Shown piece after piece: positions 1 to 14,153 of a stretch of DNA of 64,000 nucleotides (positions are counted from its first letter, which is position 1; each line of letters opens with the position of its first letter). The notes below the pieces were generated by a model, which worked only from the letters and a program-made list of their open reading frames with translations, did not search any database and was not told the DNA's origin. The position numbers and the translations under genes are program-made. The stretch comes from Eledone cirrhosa (Eukaryota). The stretch is taken from assembly GCA_964016885.1 (NCBI GenBank), contig OZ024744.1, forward strand, positions 50,034,001 through 50,098,000, given 5' to 3'.

Positions 1-39
<39 letters not shown>

Positions 40-53
<14 letters not shown>

Positions 54-675
54 CAGGTACACATACATACATGCACGTATTAGTTTAGCGGACGCTTATT
101 ATAACTCCGCTTTGTTCGTTTGTAAACAAACTGAACAGCCTGAATTTTATGCCGTACGGTGTTAAGGCAACCACGTCACCTTTTTGTTCAACACTGACAC
201 AGGAACGATGTACTAGTTTTAAGCTTGTTAGCTATCATCAGCACCGTGTACCCTTCTGCCAGATAGTTGAATGTTCGAAAGTATATACTTTCCTCATGAA
301 AATTAACGGCTGAGCAGCCTAATTTGCATATCGAGTGAGTTAAGTCGGTCAGGCATACCGAAAACGATAAGTTGAAATAAAATGAAAACGAAATTTCATT
401 TCTCACTCTTAGTACGGCACTTACTTAAATGTAAGTATGTGTGTATACGTACATACATATATGTATACAGACGTACAGTAGCATGCGTATATATATATAT
501 ATATATACATACAGGTACACATACATATATGCACGTATCAGTTTAGCGGACGCTTATTATAACGCCGCATAAAACGGCATAAAATTCAGGCTGTTTAGTT
601 TGTTTACAAACGAACAAAGCGGCGTTATAATAAGCGCCCGCTAAACTGATATGTGCATATATGTATGTGTACCTG

Positions 676-712
<37 letters not shown>

Positions 713-832
713 GCATGCTACTGTACGTCTGTATACATATATGTATGTACGTATACACACATACTTACATTTAAGTAAGTGCCGTACTAAGAGTGAGAAA
801 TGAAATTTCGTTTTCATTTTATTTCAACTTAT
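40..832. mobile_element. ~490-bp HHR-carrying repeat (family A, PLE pseudo-LTR/retrozyme-like): minus-strand tandem copy folding back into an inverted copy
   Basis: Same sequence as the units at 34371-35837. 368-568 is inverted at 619-832. The HHR at 205-247 (-) has GAAA changed to AAAA. Confidence 0.8.
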
Positions 833-1087
833 ATATATTCATATATATATATATATATTCACATATATATATATATATTCATATATATTCATATATATAT
901 GAATATATATATATATATATATTCATATATATATATATATATATATATTCGTATATATATATATTCATATATATGGAAAGTTATATTTAAAATTGTTGGG
1001 TTACAACTGCCAAATCAACCTCTTCAAATGCAAGTCGATGTTGTTACGGTATGTCGAATCTATTTATCTATAAAACTGTTTATATTG

Positions 1088-1153
1088 TATTTTGTCTGAG
1101 GAAGGCATAGCATATTGTTAATATGATATCCCTGAAATATATATAATGAAATA
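1088..1153 (+). ncRNA. type I hammerhead ribozyme (family B, pseudo-LTR of the PLE at 24520-27720)
   Basis: TATTTTGT-CTGAGGA-AGG..CATATT/AATATG..CCT-GAAA-TATATA-TA-ATGAAATA; stem I pairs with two GU. Confidence 0.75.
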
Positions 1154-1189
1154 AATATGGTTTTATAAATATAGTTTCCATTTATTTAA

Positions 1190-3827
<2,638 letters not shown>

Positions 3828-3919
3828 ACGAAGGAAATGTGGTAAGGAACCAGGTGGACCATAACGCACCAAAGTACTCAATACTTAGGGTAGTAGAGTG
3901 GGTAATAGGAACAAGTAAG

Positions 3920-4014
3920 ACCCCGACGGCTGAGCTCAAGCCGTTTCGACGGCTAATTCTGTACTTAATGAAAAATTAATTCTGGTATTTAAATAGCCGA
4001 ACTTATCAAGGGGT
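3920..4014 (-). ncRNA. type I hammerhead ribozyme, U3-A8 core variant, long stem II (family C)
   Basis: Minus strand: ACCCC-TTGATAA-GTTCGGCTA...TAGCCGTC-GAAA-CGGC(TTGAGCTCA)GCCG-TC-GGGGT; GUC cleavage triplet. Family also at 54060-54188 and 61980-62174. Confidence 0.7.
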
Positions 4015-4336
4015 AATTCCATATATGGTCAAAGAGATAATCACCAGGATTGGTCACATCACAAGTTAGTAGTAAATCTGTGATGGCAAGTTGGTGGGGG
4101 AAGGGGTAGCTAAACCTGCCACTAGGAGAAAAGGGGAGAGGGGGTGGAATAGACCCATTTAGGCGTTGGTAGTGCCAGCTACAGCTGGGTGTGAGGTCAA
4201 AGAGGATAATGGGGAGGGGGAGGAGGAGGAGGTCGAAACGGTAAGTAGAACAATGAAAGGTAAAACTGTAAAAGGTACTGAGATAGAAATTAAATAAACA
4301 AATAAGTGAATAAAAGAATAGATAAATAAAGTTAAA

Positions 4337-4372
<36 letters not shown>

Positions 4373-4780
4373 GTAGAATAAAAAAATAAATGATAATAAT
4401 AGAAAAAAACTAGGTGGGACGGAAATAAAGGGACCCTTATATGAGGTATAAGTGCGTGTATCGTACGGTGACGGGTCAACAAAAGGGGGGCGAGAATACT
4501 AAAGAGACTACCACGAAAATAATAAAGGTTTCTACCCCAAACACAGGGCCAGCAACCACCCAGTGCAAGAAAGTAAACTAGTACGAGAATATAATTCAGG
4601 GTCCTGCAAAAAAATACTGGTGCTAACTCTAAGGGTACCGCCACGAAACAAAAGGTCTTATACAAGCTACATGAAAGATCGTACAAAGTAAAAGTAAAGA
4701 ATGGAAAATTAATACAGGAACAAATATATATATATGAATATATATATATATTCATATATATTCACAGATATATATATATA

Positions 4781-5840
4781 TCATCATCATCATCAACATC
4801 ACCGTTTTACGCCCGTTCTTCCACGCTAGCATGGGTTAGACGGGTTGTCCTGTTGTGGGCAGTGTCTGGTCGGCTGACCATGCCTTGCTCATACAGGAAC
4901 TGATTTGGCTTGATTTCTACAGCTGGATGCCCTTCGTAACACCAACCTCATTTACAGTGAGTGCTGGGTGCTTTTACGTGGCGCCTACACGTCCACTTTA
5001 CAGTGTAGGCTGGGTGCTTTTTTGCCGTGGCACCTCCACGACCACCTTGCGGTGGGGCGTGTGGGGGCATATTATCTATATACTTCAGCTTGTACCCATG
5101 GGAGGTCGGGTACTCTCTATTACTGCGTGACGCCAGAGGTCACGGTCGTGTGTCATTGCCTTTGAGAGGTGTAAATGGGTAAGGTCAGCTTTTATCACCT
5201 CATCCCAGGTCATCTTGGGTCTCTCCACTCCGCGGTTTCCATCGACTTCTAGTGCTCTGCACCTTTTTATGCAGCTGTCATCCTTCATACGCATCACATG
5301 TCCATACCAGCGCAATCACCTCTCCTGTACACAGCATTTGATTCCTCTTATGTTCAGTCTCTCTCTCAATTCATTTATGCTTTGTCATTCACGTATATTA
5401 CTGTTACACATCCATCGGAGCATGCAGGCTTCCTTTCTCTCTAATCTACGTAAGTCTTCCACCTTCAGTGCCCAGATCTCACTACCATGCAACATCGCTG
5501 TTCGGATACACGCATCATACAGTCTGCCTTTCATTCTGAGGGAGAAGCCTTTTGCAGCTAGCAGTGGTAGTAGTTCCCTAAACTTCTTCCATCCCGTTCT
5601 TACCCTAGTTATTGTACTTTCTAAACACCCACCTCCGCTGCTAATTCGGTCACCTAGGTAGCAGAAGCTGTCTACTGTTTCTACAGAGCCCTCCCAGAGA
5701 TTGGTGGTACTTGTTTCCTGTGGCTGTTTGCTGCTTGCTGTCCCAGTACAGCTGCTGCATGTGAAGCCTACATTCTTAGTTAAGCTTCCTGAGATCCCGC
5801 TACATCTCTTGTGTACCCATTGTTTGCATTTGGGGCAGAG
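4781..5840 (-). mobile_element. RTE-clade LINE, 5'-truncated, with PHD-like Cys cluster and (GAT)n tail
   Basis: CPKCKQWVHKRCSGI, FCYLGDRIS, MLHGSEIW, RWYGHVMR; (TCA)n tail at 4781. Confidence 0.9.
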
Positions 5841-5859
5841 AACATATATATATATATAA

Positions 5860-6152
5860 ATAATAATAATGAAATTATTGTGTACAGTGCTCAGGTGCAC
5901 TACAACTTGTCAAAGGCTCATGTATAGTACATAGAATAATATACAAATGTCAGGGAAGTGAATAGTGTATGAGTCATGATATACATGTGTGTATGTGTAT
6001 GGAGGGGGAACATTAGGTGAAGTTTTGGCGAATCTCGGGAAGCATGGAGGTTTTAAAGGATGCAGTGACTCAACAGCTAACAACTGATGCAGGTAGTTTG
6101 TTCCATGCTTCAGCAACTCTGAGCGTGAAAAAATGTTTCGAAAGTCATGGGA
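5860..6152 (-). mobile_element. CR1-like LINE 3' end
   Basis: Minus frame HFFTLRVAEAWNKLPASVVS..TASFK, a typical CR1 ORF2 C-terminus. Confidence 0.7.
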
Positions 6153-6289
6153 ATGATATATATATATCACGATAAATTAACGGAGCCATAGACTCTCGCT
6201 ATTCCCTGTCAATAATGTGCTCAAAGGAAAAGGAATCCTGAGCTCTTTAAATTACAATATGTTGAAAAGGTAACACACTAGAGAGAGAT

Positions 6290-8519
6290 AGATGTTGGCA
6301 CTCTAACAGGTAGATCTGGTGAGATAGTGGAGATGTTGGAGAGAAGGCATGTGGATGCATGCTGCGTGCAAGAAGTGAGATGGAGAGGTGCCTCTGCAAG
6401 ACTAATCGCAGGCAAACATCTTAGTTATAAGCTTTTCTGGGTGGATAATGATGATGGGTTAGGTGGGGTAGGCATTTTACTGGCTGAGAGATGGATCAAT
6501 AAGACAATAGAGGGAGTTAGAGTTAATAATAGAATAATTAAGCTTAGATTAGTTGTAGGCAATAGACTGCTGACAATCATCTCTGCCTATACTCCCCAGG
6601 CAGACCTAGGTAAAGAAGTGTAAGATTGCTTTTACGAGCAACTTTTACAAACAGCCACAATGACAGAAGACGGAGACATTGTTATGCTAACAGGAGATTT
6701 CAATGGTCATGTTGGACAGCTCCAGGATGGATACACTGGGGTACATGGTGGGCACGGTTATGGCTCAAGAAACAAAGAAGGAGTGAGGCTTCTTTAATTT
6801 TGTGATGCAAGCACACTAACCATTTGCAACACTAACTTCAAGAAACCTACCAACCACCTAATAACCTACAAATCAGGCGAGCATATAAGCCAGAATAACT
6901 TCTTACTAGTTAGGCAGTGAGAGACAGATGGTGTCAAATACTAAGGCATACCCCAGGGAAGAATGTACCCCACAGCAGAGGTTAGTCGTTAGTGACATCT
7001 CAGTAAGCAAGAGACAGAATGACACATACAGAAAGGTCTGGAAGCAAAAAGACCTTTCACTAAAATATAAATTTAGGAAAGCCCTTCAGGATGTGTATGA
7101 CGAAAAGGAAAATGATTTAGAGTCGTATGACATAGATGATAATTGGAATTTCTTATGTGACAACTTACTGCAGGCTACTGAAGAAACTTGTGGCTGGAGC
7201 AGAGCTCCAACCAATCAGAGAGTGACCTGGTTGTGGAACAGCATGGTAGATAGGGCCATTAGAGATGAAAGACTAGCAAGGAACGCTTGGAAAAATGGTG
7301 GGAGTAGAGAAGGATATACAGCCGCCAAGAGAGAAGTTAGACATCAGGTGTATTTAGCATACAGGGAGGCTGAGAGTAGGAGGTTTGCTAATGTTTTGCG
7401 ACGGGAAGATCAGAGACGTGCGGTGTTCCGCATTGCAAGGCAGTGTGTCAGTGCAAATCAGGATGTTTTTCAAGATAAGTCTGTCTGAAATGATGCTGGT
7501 GTACTTAGTGTCATGAATGATCAAAAAAAGGAGGTCTGGAAATGTCATTATGAGAGACTGATGAATGTGGAGAACGAATGGGACAGAGAGAAATTACCCC
7601 AGTAGACCTGACAGAGAGACCAGCTATTGAGATTGACGAATTAAGGAAATGACAAATGGTAAGGCCGCTGGACCATCGGGAATAGTTGCTGAGATACTGA
7701 AGGCATCAGGAGAAGTAGGCACTAAACTGGTTACATATATATGGCGGTGTCATACCCAAAGACTGGTGCAGCAGTATTCTCATAAATTGCTACAAAGGTA
7801 AAGGGGATGCTCTGGAGAGGAGCAATTATAGGGATCAGGTTATGAAAGTGGCAGAGAGAATATTAGCGCAACTGATTAGAGAAAGGGTCAAACCAAATGA
7901 GATGCAGTTTGGTTTTCTGCCTGATAAAAGTACAACAGATGCCCTCTTCTTGGTGAAACAATTACAAGAGAGGTTCTTAGAGAAGAATAAGCCACTATAC
8001 TTAGCTTTTGTTCACCTAGAGAAGGCTTTGTTGACAAAGAAGGGTTTCTCCCTGCATACGAAAGGATGCCTGTTTGATATGCGCGATGCTGCATGGTAGT
8101 GAGACATGGGCAGCAACTACAGAGGATATGCGACGGCTGGAGAGAAATGAAGCAAGCATGCTCCGTTGGATGTGCAATGTCAATGTGCGTGAGTGACCAA
8201 GCATAGATGAGTTGAGAGAGAAACTGGGTATAAGAGGGATAAGTTGTGGCGTGCAGGAGAGAAGACTGAGATGGCATGGACATGTGATACGCATGGAGGA
8301 TGACCGCTGGATAAAGAAGTGCTAAGAAATCCCAGTAGAAGGAAGACGCAGTAGAGGTAGACCACGAAAAACATGGGGAGAGCTGACCTCAGATCGCTGA
8401 AGCTCACAGAGGAGAGGACGAAGGACCGTGACAAGTGGAGAGATGTTGTGCTGAATAGGATCCATCCCACCCTTGCAAGCAGGGAAAAGTGGATGTAAAA
8501 TGATGATGACGATGATGAC
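6290..8519 (+). mobile_element. RTE-clade LINE relic: APE endonuclease plus RT with an internal deletion near 8027
   Basis: CVQEVRW, GDFNGHVG, QFGFLP..ST; LAFVHLEKA joined directly to LLTKKGFSL; (GAT)n tail. Confidence 0.92.
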
Positions 8520-8627
8520 ATACATATATATGTATATATATATATACATATATATATACACATTTATATATACACATATACATATACATATACATTTATA
8601 TATACACATATACATTTATATATACAC

Positions 8628-8658
<31 letters not shown>

Positions 8659-8684
8659 TGTCTAATGGAGAAAGAGGATATGAT

Positions 8685-9003
8685 CCAAAATCAATAGACG
8701 TGTCTGAGGAACCTGCCAGAGTAGAGTCAGGTAGATCCACACATGGATCGCACCTAGAGCTGTTCGCCAGGGAAACAATTGTAACACAATAAATTGAGTT
8801 CTGATGCATCACTGACTTTTCGTTTTCCATTCTACATACATACATATATAGAATAGAAAAGGAAAAAATCAGTGATGCATCTGAACTCAATTTATTGTGT
8901 GTTACAATTGTTTCCCCGGGGAACAGCTCGAGACGCGATCATTGTGTGGATCTGTCTGATTCTGGACCCGCAAGTTCGACGGACACGTCTAATGATTTCG
9001 GAG
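8685..9003. repeat. diverged inverted repeat, ~150-bp arms
   Basis: 8685-8833 is an imperfect reverse complement of 8850-9003. Confidence 0.8.
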
Positions 9004-9009
9004 CATTCA

Positions 9010-10164
9010 GAGCATTCAGAGAGATTGCTTTGATGCTGTTGCCTGTACAGTTTGATATGTATTCTGTTTTACCCTCATTGAGATGAAGGCCAATGAAGGC
9101 AGCTGCTTCCTGGAGAGATGTCAAAATTTGTTGCGCATTTTCTAGGTAATCTGCAAGAAGTGCAATGTCATTCAAAAAGTCAAGGTCAGTGATATGTTTA
9201 GAGGGATGCCTAGAGCTCATGCAATGAAAGAATAATAGGGCAAGAGTGTCACCCTGCAGCACTACTGTTGAGATGTCATAGACTCTGTTGGGCCATCAGG
9301 GGTGATGATAGTGGCACTTGTGTTGAGATACAGAGTCTTAATTGCTTCCACAAGTCTTGCCGGTATGCCATACAAGGGTAGAATTTCAAACAGAATGTTT
9401 ATGCTGTCAAAAGCTTTTCTAAAGTCAACAAAAACTAACGCCATTTGTCTGTTGGAGTTTCTCATCTCTTCCACTACTCTTCCCAAGGTGAAAATCTGTG
9501 CAAGTGTAGATCTACCACGCCTAAAACCGTTTTGGTTGATACGAAGGATTGGATCAATATACGGAACTAGACAGTTGAGGATTAGCTTGTTGTAGATCTT
9601 GGCAGCAATGGGCATAAGTGATATTCCCCAGTAGTTTGGGTGAGAGGTCAGCTTTTTGGGGGACAGGAACTATGCCTGCTTTTAGCCAGCTTGGAGGAAT
9701 TTTGTTGCTTAAGGTGTCGTTGCAGATTGATAATAGGACAGAAATCCAACTGGTTTACTGAAAAGTGAAATGACCCAATGCAAAAAAAGACTTTGATGAG
9801 GCATACACAACTGCTCTTGCAGAGTATGTAGAAGGAAAAATAAACAAACTTAAGACCTTTCATGTAAACAAACAGCACACAGCTGTATGAGCTTTAATCA
9901 ACGAAATAACTGGCAGAAAAGAGAAGCCTTCATCCATCATCAAAGGAGGTTCTGAAGAAGCTAGAAAAAAAAGCTGGACTGACCACTTCAAGGACCTACT
10001 GGGCGAACCATCCCTTGTAGAAGACGATCTCCCAAGACGATCACCTGAACTCGACATCTCCACTGGACTTTTCACCTTGAGTGAGATCAACCAGGTGATC
10101 AAAACACTTGAAAATAAAAAAATAACCCGGTCTCGACAACAAACCCAGTATAATTTGGAAAGAC
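9010..10164 (-). mobile_element. RTE-X-like LINE with inverted 5' segment (RT on minus 9010-9743; upstream linker on plus 9744-10164)
   Basis: ISLMPIAAKIYNKLIL, QNGFRRGRST, FVDFRKAFDS, LQGDTLA on minus; INEITGRK..WTDHFKDLLGEP..PGLDNKPSIIWKD on plus. Confidence 0.85.
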
Positions 10165-10255
10165 ATATACATAAACATACATGCATACATATGTATATCT
10201 ATATACATACGTTTACTTTGAATTGTACACAAAATATACCGTAGAATTTACTCAC

Positions 10256-10443
10256 TTAGAAGTCAACACCCTCGAACAACTTGCTATGTCGTTAAAATCG
10301 CACAATGCCTTGAATGATGGGTCATTTTCTCTCCGTATCTCGATATATATTGCATACAAGCTCAGGAAAATTCCGAGGACACTTAAAATGATCCTGTCAA
10401 TGGAATTTCCCATGAATATGTAAAAGATTTCGTAACTTTGCAT
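10256..10443 (-). CDS. VKORC1: vitamin K epoxide reductase complex subunit 1-like, first coding exon (alternative start at 10413)
   Basis: LGIFLSLYAIYIE..DPSFKALCDFNDIASCSRVLTSK matches VKOR TM1 and the loop cysteines (human GLVLSLYAL..ALCD..ISCSRVFSSR). Phase-2 donor AA|GTGAGT at 10255 is at the position of human intron 1. Acceptor TTTTTGCAG ends at 10458. Confidence 0.9.
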
Positions 10444-10465
10444 TATTTGAGCACGATCTGCAAAA

Positions 10466-10512
<47 letters not shown>

Positions 10513-10513
<1 letters not shown>

Positions 10514-11242
10514 TTTCATTTATTAGCCACAAGGGCCGACATGTAGGGGACAATACAAAGACAGGGACAGTGGGGGTTTACAATAAGGTCGAGTAAAAGT
10601 GCACAATGGCAAGACTAATTTAACAATGAAAATATAAAAATATAAAATAAACTATGCATAAATATAACAAAATAAATTCCCCGATAGGGGGTGGACGACC
10701 CTGGGGTGATTCGGGTACCCCACCAATCCTGAACCACCCTGCGCTTCTAGGGCACCCAGGAGAGCACCCCTCTCCTCAAGTTAGCCAGCCTATAGGCGCA
10801 TGGTCAGAGTAGGCCCATTCACACGAGCCATTCTCGCCACATTCACCCACCTTTTAGCAAATGTACTGGGGGGCAGCACTTCTCTCTCCACCCTCACCCT
10901 CCTTTCCAGGTGAAACTTGAAGAAGTTGATGAGGGATTGGCCGAAGAGAAAGTGTCTGTCTTTAGTCCTTTCAACCTGGTCCACCATATAATCTCTTTCG
11001 CAACTGCCACCAGACAGAGGAAAATGTCCTGCTCTTCCTGACCTAAGGAAGGTGGCGGCTCGATCTTCACTATGGACTCGTCCGATAGTCGGATTCGTTC
11101 CACACACGACAGTAGCTGTTCGACATAACTCCACAAGTCAGTAATGCACGGACATTGGACAAGTGCGTGCAGAACGGTTTCGTCGTTCTGTGCGCATCTT
11201 GGACAGGTCCGTCTGACAGCACTTCCGTGCCTGTAGAGTTTA
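10513..11242 (-). mobile_element. Tx1/L1-clade LINE 3' end inserted in a (TAA)n tract
   Basis: CPRCAQNDETVLHALVQCPCITDLW zinc knuckle, AKEIIWWTR; (TAA)n at 10469-10511 and 11243-11258. Confidence 0.8.
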
Positions 11243-11901
11243 TAATAATAATAATAATATTGTTAAGAAAAGGGGGCGATATCCAATTTTAGCGGTCTAA
11301 ATGCCGCTTACTTGCTGTAGTTGCTGCTTACTTCAATGTATGAGGCTATTCCAACAAATTTACATTCCCCTTTTTTTAGCCGTTAAAAGAAATATAGATT
11401 TATTTATTGTTTTTTTTTTTGCGATTTATTTGCCACTGGGGCATAGATTTCTTTATTTGTCCCTTTTTTGCGATTTATTAGCCTTTTGGGGTCACACACA
11501 CCCTCGTAGAAAGTGTGCGACCTTTCTGCCAGGGAGCACAGAGAGAGGGGGGTGCTCCCTTCTTCTCTTATCTGTACAAGCCGATATAGAGAGATGGCCC
11601 ACTTACACGGGCCATTATTGTTACTTTCACCAATCTTTCATGGAATTGGCTGGGACTGAGTGCCTTTTTCTCCACCTTGATCCTTCTTTTGAAGTGGAAT
11701 CGGAAGAAGAGGACCATTTGTTGGCCGGCGACATATCCCTACAGCTTCCTCGTTGCAAACGCATCTGGGACATTTCTTTTCCAAGGGGTTTCCGTCCCGG
11801 AATCCGTGTCTGTAGAGCCTTTCCCGAACGGGCAGGGCCCCTCGGTATAATAGTAAGTATTAGTGGTTGTAATAAAAATGCAATCAAAATGTAATAAATA
11901 C

Positions 11902-12037
11902 CTTCACTGATTTCTTTCCTTATATTATCAACAGAAGTTGGTATGTCACCCAAAGTTCGCTTTGTATGTTCCCGAATAGCAGTGAATTTTGATAAAACTG
12001 TTTCTAATTCCTTCTCCACAGTAAGACAAATATCCAT
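11902..12037 (-). pseudogene. RMND5: RMND5/GID2 (CTLH complex E3 subunit) first coding exon, captured copy 1
   Basis: MDICLTVEKELETVLSKF vs human RMND5A MDQCVTVERELEKVLHKF; ends GAA G|GTATTT; possible acceptor TTTACAG at 12143. Confidence 0.8.
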
Positions 12038-12191
12038 GTGTAGTCCAAAAAGATATAAATCTTCTGTATTATTATTTTCTTTTTCTGTAAATAATTATTT
12101 TTCTATATATCTCAAACCCTGCCAAACACCACATCTGTCCATCTGTAAATTTAAATGACTATTCTTTCATACTTATCCTCTTCAACTACAC

Positions 12192-12327
12192 ATGGATATT
12201 TGTCTTACTGTGGAGAAGGAATTAGAAACAGTTTTATCAAAATTCACTGCTATTCGGGAACATACAAAGCGAACTTTGGGTGACATACCAACTTCTGTTG
12301 ATAATATAAGGAAAGAAATCAGTGAAG
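12192..12327 (+). pseudogene. RMND5: RMND5/GID2 first coding exon, captured copy 2 (inverted duplicate)
   Basis: Same 45 codons and donor G|GTATTT; only ~7 nt of upstream sequence shared with copy 1. Confidence 0.8.
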
Positions 12328-13585
12328 GTATTTATTACATTTTGATTGCATTTTTATTACAACCACTAATACTTACTATTATACCGAGGGGCCCTGCCCG
12401 TTCGGGAAAGGCTCTACAGACACGGATTCCGGGACGGAAACCCCTTGGAAAAGAAATGTCCCAGATGCGTTTGCAACGAGGAAACTGTGGGGATATGTCG
12501 CCGGCCAACAAATGGTCCTCTTCTTCCGATACCACTTCGAAAGAAGGATCAAGGTGGAGAAAAAGGCACTCAGTCCCAGCCAATTCCATGAAAGATGGGT
12601 GGAAGTAGCAATAATGGCCCGTGTAAGTGGGTCATCTCTCTATATCGGCTTGTACAGGTAAGAGAAGAAGGGAGCACCCCCTTCTCTCTGTGCTCCCTGG
12701 CAGAAAGGTCGCACACTTTCTACGGGGGTGTGTGTGACCCCAAAAGGCTAATAAATCGCAAAAAAAAAAAAATAAAAAATAAAAAAGGGGCAAATAAAGA
12801 AATCTATGCCCCAGTGGCAAATAAATCGCAAAAAAAAAACAATAAATAATTCTATATTTCTTTTAACGGCTAAAAAAGGGGGAATGTAAATTTGTTGGAA
12901 TAGCCTCATACATTGAAGTAAGCAGCAACTACAGCAAGTAAACGGCATTTAGGCCGCTAAAATTGGATATCGCCGAAAAGGGTACTAACTGATATAGAAA
13001 TTGATCAGATCAAGCAATTAGCACAAAGTCAGCGAAGGGAAAATGAAACATGTGTCAGTGAAAGGAGGTAAATTGTAACACTTCGAATCCCAGGGTTGTG
13101 GCGGAAGTAATTGTTTAAATATAAGTGTCCGAAATAGTTTATGAACATAAGCTCGTTCGCGTGTTATGTAATTTAAGGTTTAAAAATCACAAACAGCTAT
13201 GTGTGTTTTATAAAAATAATAAATACGACAATATATAAACTTACTCAAAAGTAACTAAAGACTATAAATATTTTTGTGCATTATATTTACGAGGTTCATA
13301 GCAATACTTAATCATTAGAGGTTGCCCGGTTACCTCGCTGCTGTCTTTTGCTCTGATGTTTGCTCGGTTGTTCACCCCTTCCTTTTCATTTTCTTTAATA
13401 TTGTAACATTAATAGAATATATCCTTCTGAAAAAATCGTGAGCAATTCATAATGTTATCTAAGCATTTGTAATGTAATTTATGTATATATTTAAAACATA
13501 TTGGTTATGCTATTCTACTGTAAAATTATTTATATGCTTTGTATAATAAAGATACTTAATTGTATTTATTATATGTGTTTATATT

Positions 13586-13690
13586 TTCCCGCCGAGGTTG
13601 ACTTTGCCTTTCATCCTTACGGGGTCGATAAAATAAAGTACCAGTAATGCACTGCGTATTACTGGCCTTGTGCCTAAAGTAGAAACAATT
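13586..13690 (+). mobile_element. tRNA-SINE, 3' fragment
   Basis: ACTTTGCCTTTCATCCTTACGGGGTCGATAAAATAAAGTACCAG central domain. Confidence 0.85.
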
Positions 13691-14085
13691 AGATGTGTTT
13701 ATATTTTCATTCTATAAGTTTTAAGGATTATAAACAATTTGTAATGTTATTTATACAACTGAGGATAAAACACACATGCTCTTTTGCAAAGTCTTCCCCA
13801 CATTGACTATCATTTTTACAAGGTTTTCAAAATAGTTGACAATCTTGTGGTAGGGGTATAAAAACACACGTGTCATTGTGTAATCACACACTTACATAGG
13901 TATACAAATATACTTACCGTGAGCATGTATATAAATTGTTTCGCAGTGTAGCCAAGGGGAGACGACTGCTCTATTCCTTCCAACGACAACTGTAAAGCTG
14001 ACTGTCTCTGCCCAATTGTGATATATATTTATATACTGTAAATAAAACCCTTTTTGTACAGCCGACCATGTTATTCTTCACTTTT

Positions 14086-14153
<68 letters not shown>

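Larger units (their letters stand above)
11275..12974. mobile_element. foldback non-autonomous DNA transposon (Merlin- or MULE-like) carrying a captured RMND5 exon
   Basis: Arms 11275-12044 and 12185-12974 are near-identical inverted copies; termini GGCGAT...ATCGCC; 8-bp direct repeat GAAAAGGG at 11267-11274 and 12975-12982. Confidence 0.88.

Noticed and set aside
5040-5100. GHIIYILQLV resembling VKORC1 exon 2
   Set aside because: Wrong strand, and it lies within the 3' region of an RTE element
11627-11901. C-terminal ~90 aa of the 136/138-aa RMND5-like ORFs
   Set aside because: Homology stops at the GT donor; the remainder is read-through into intron and transposon arm
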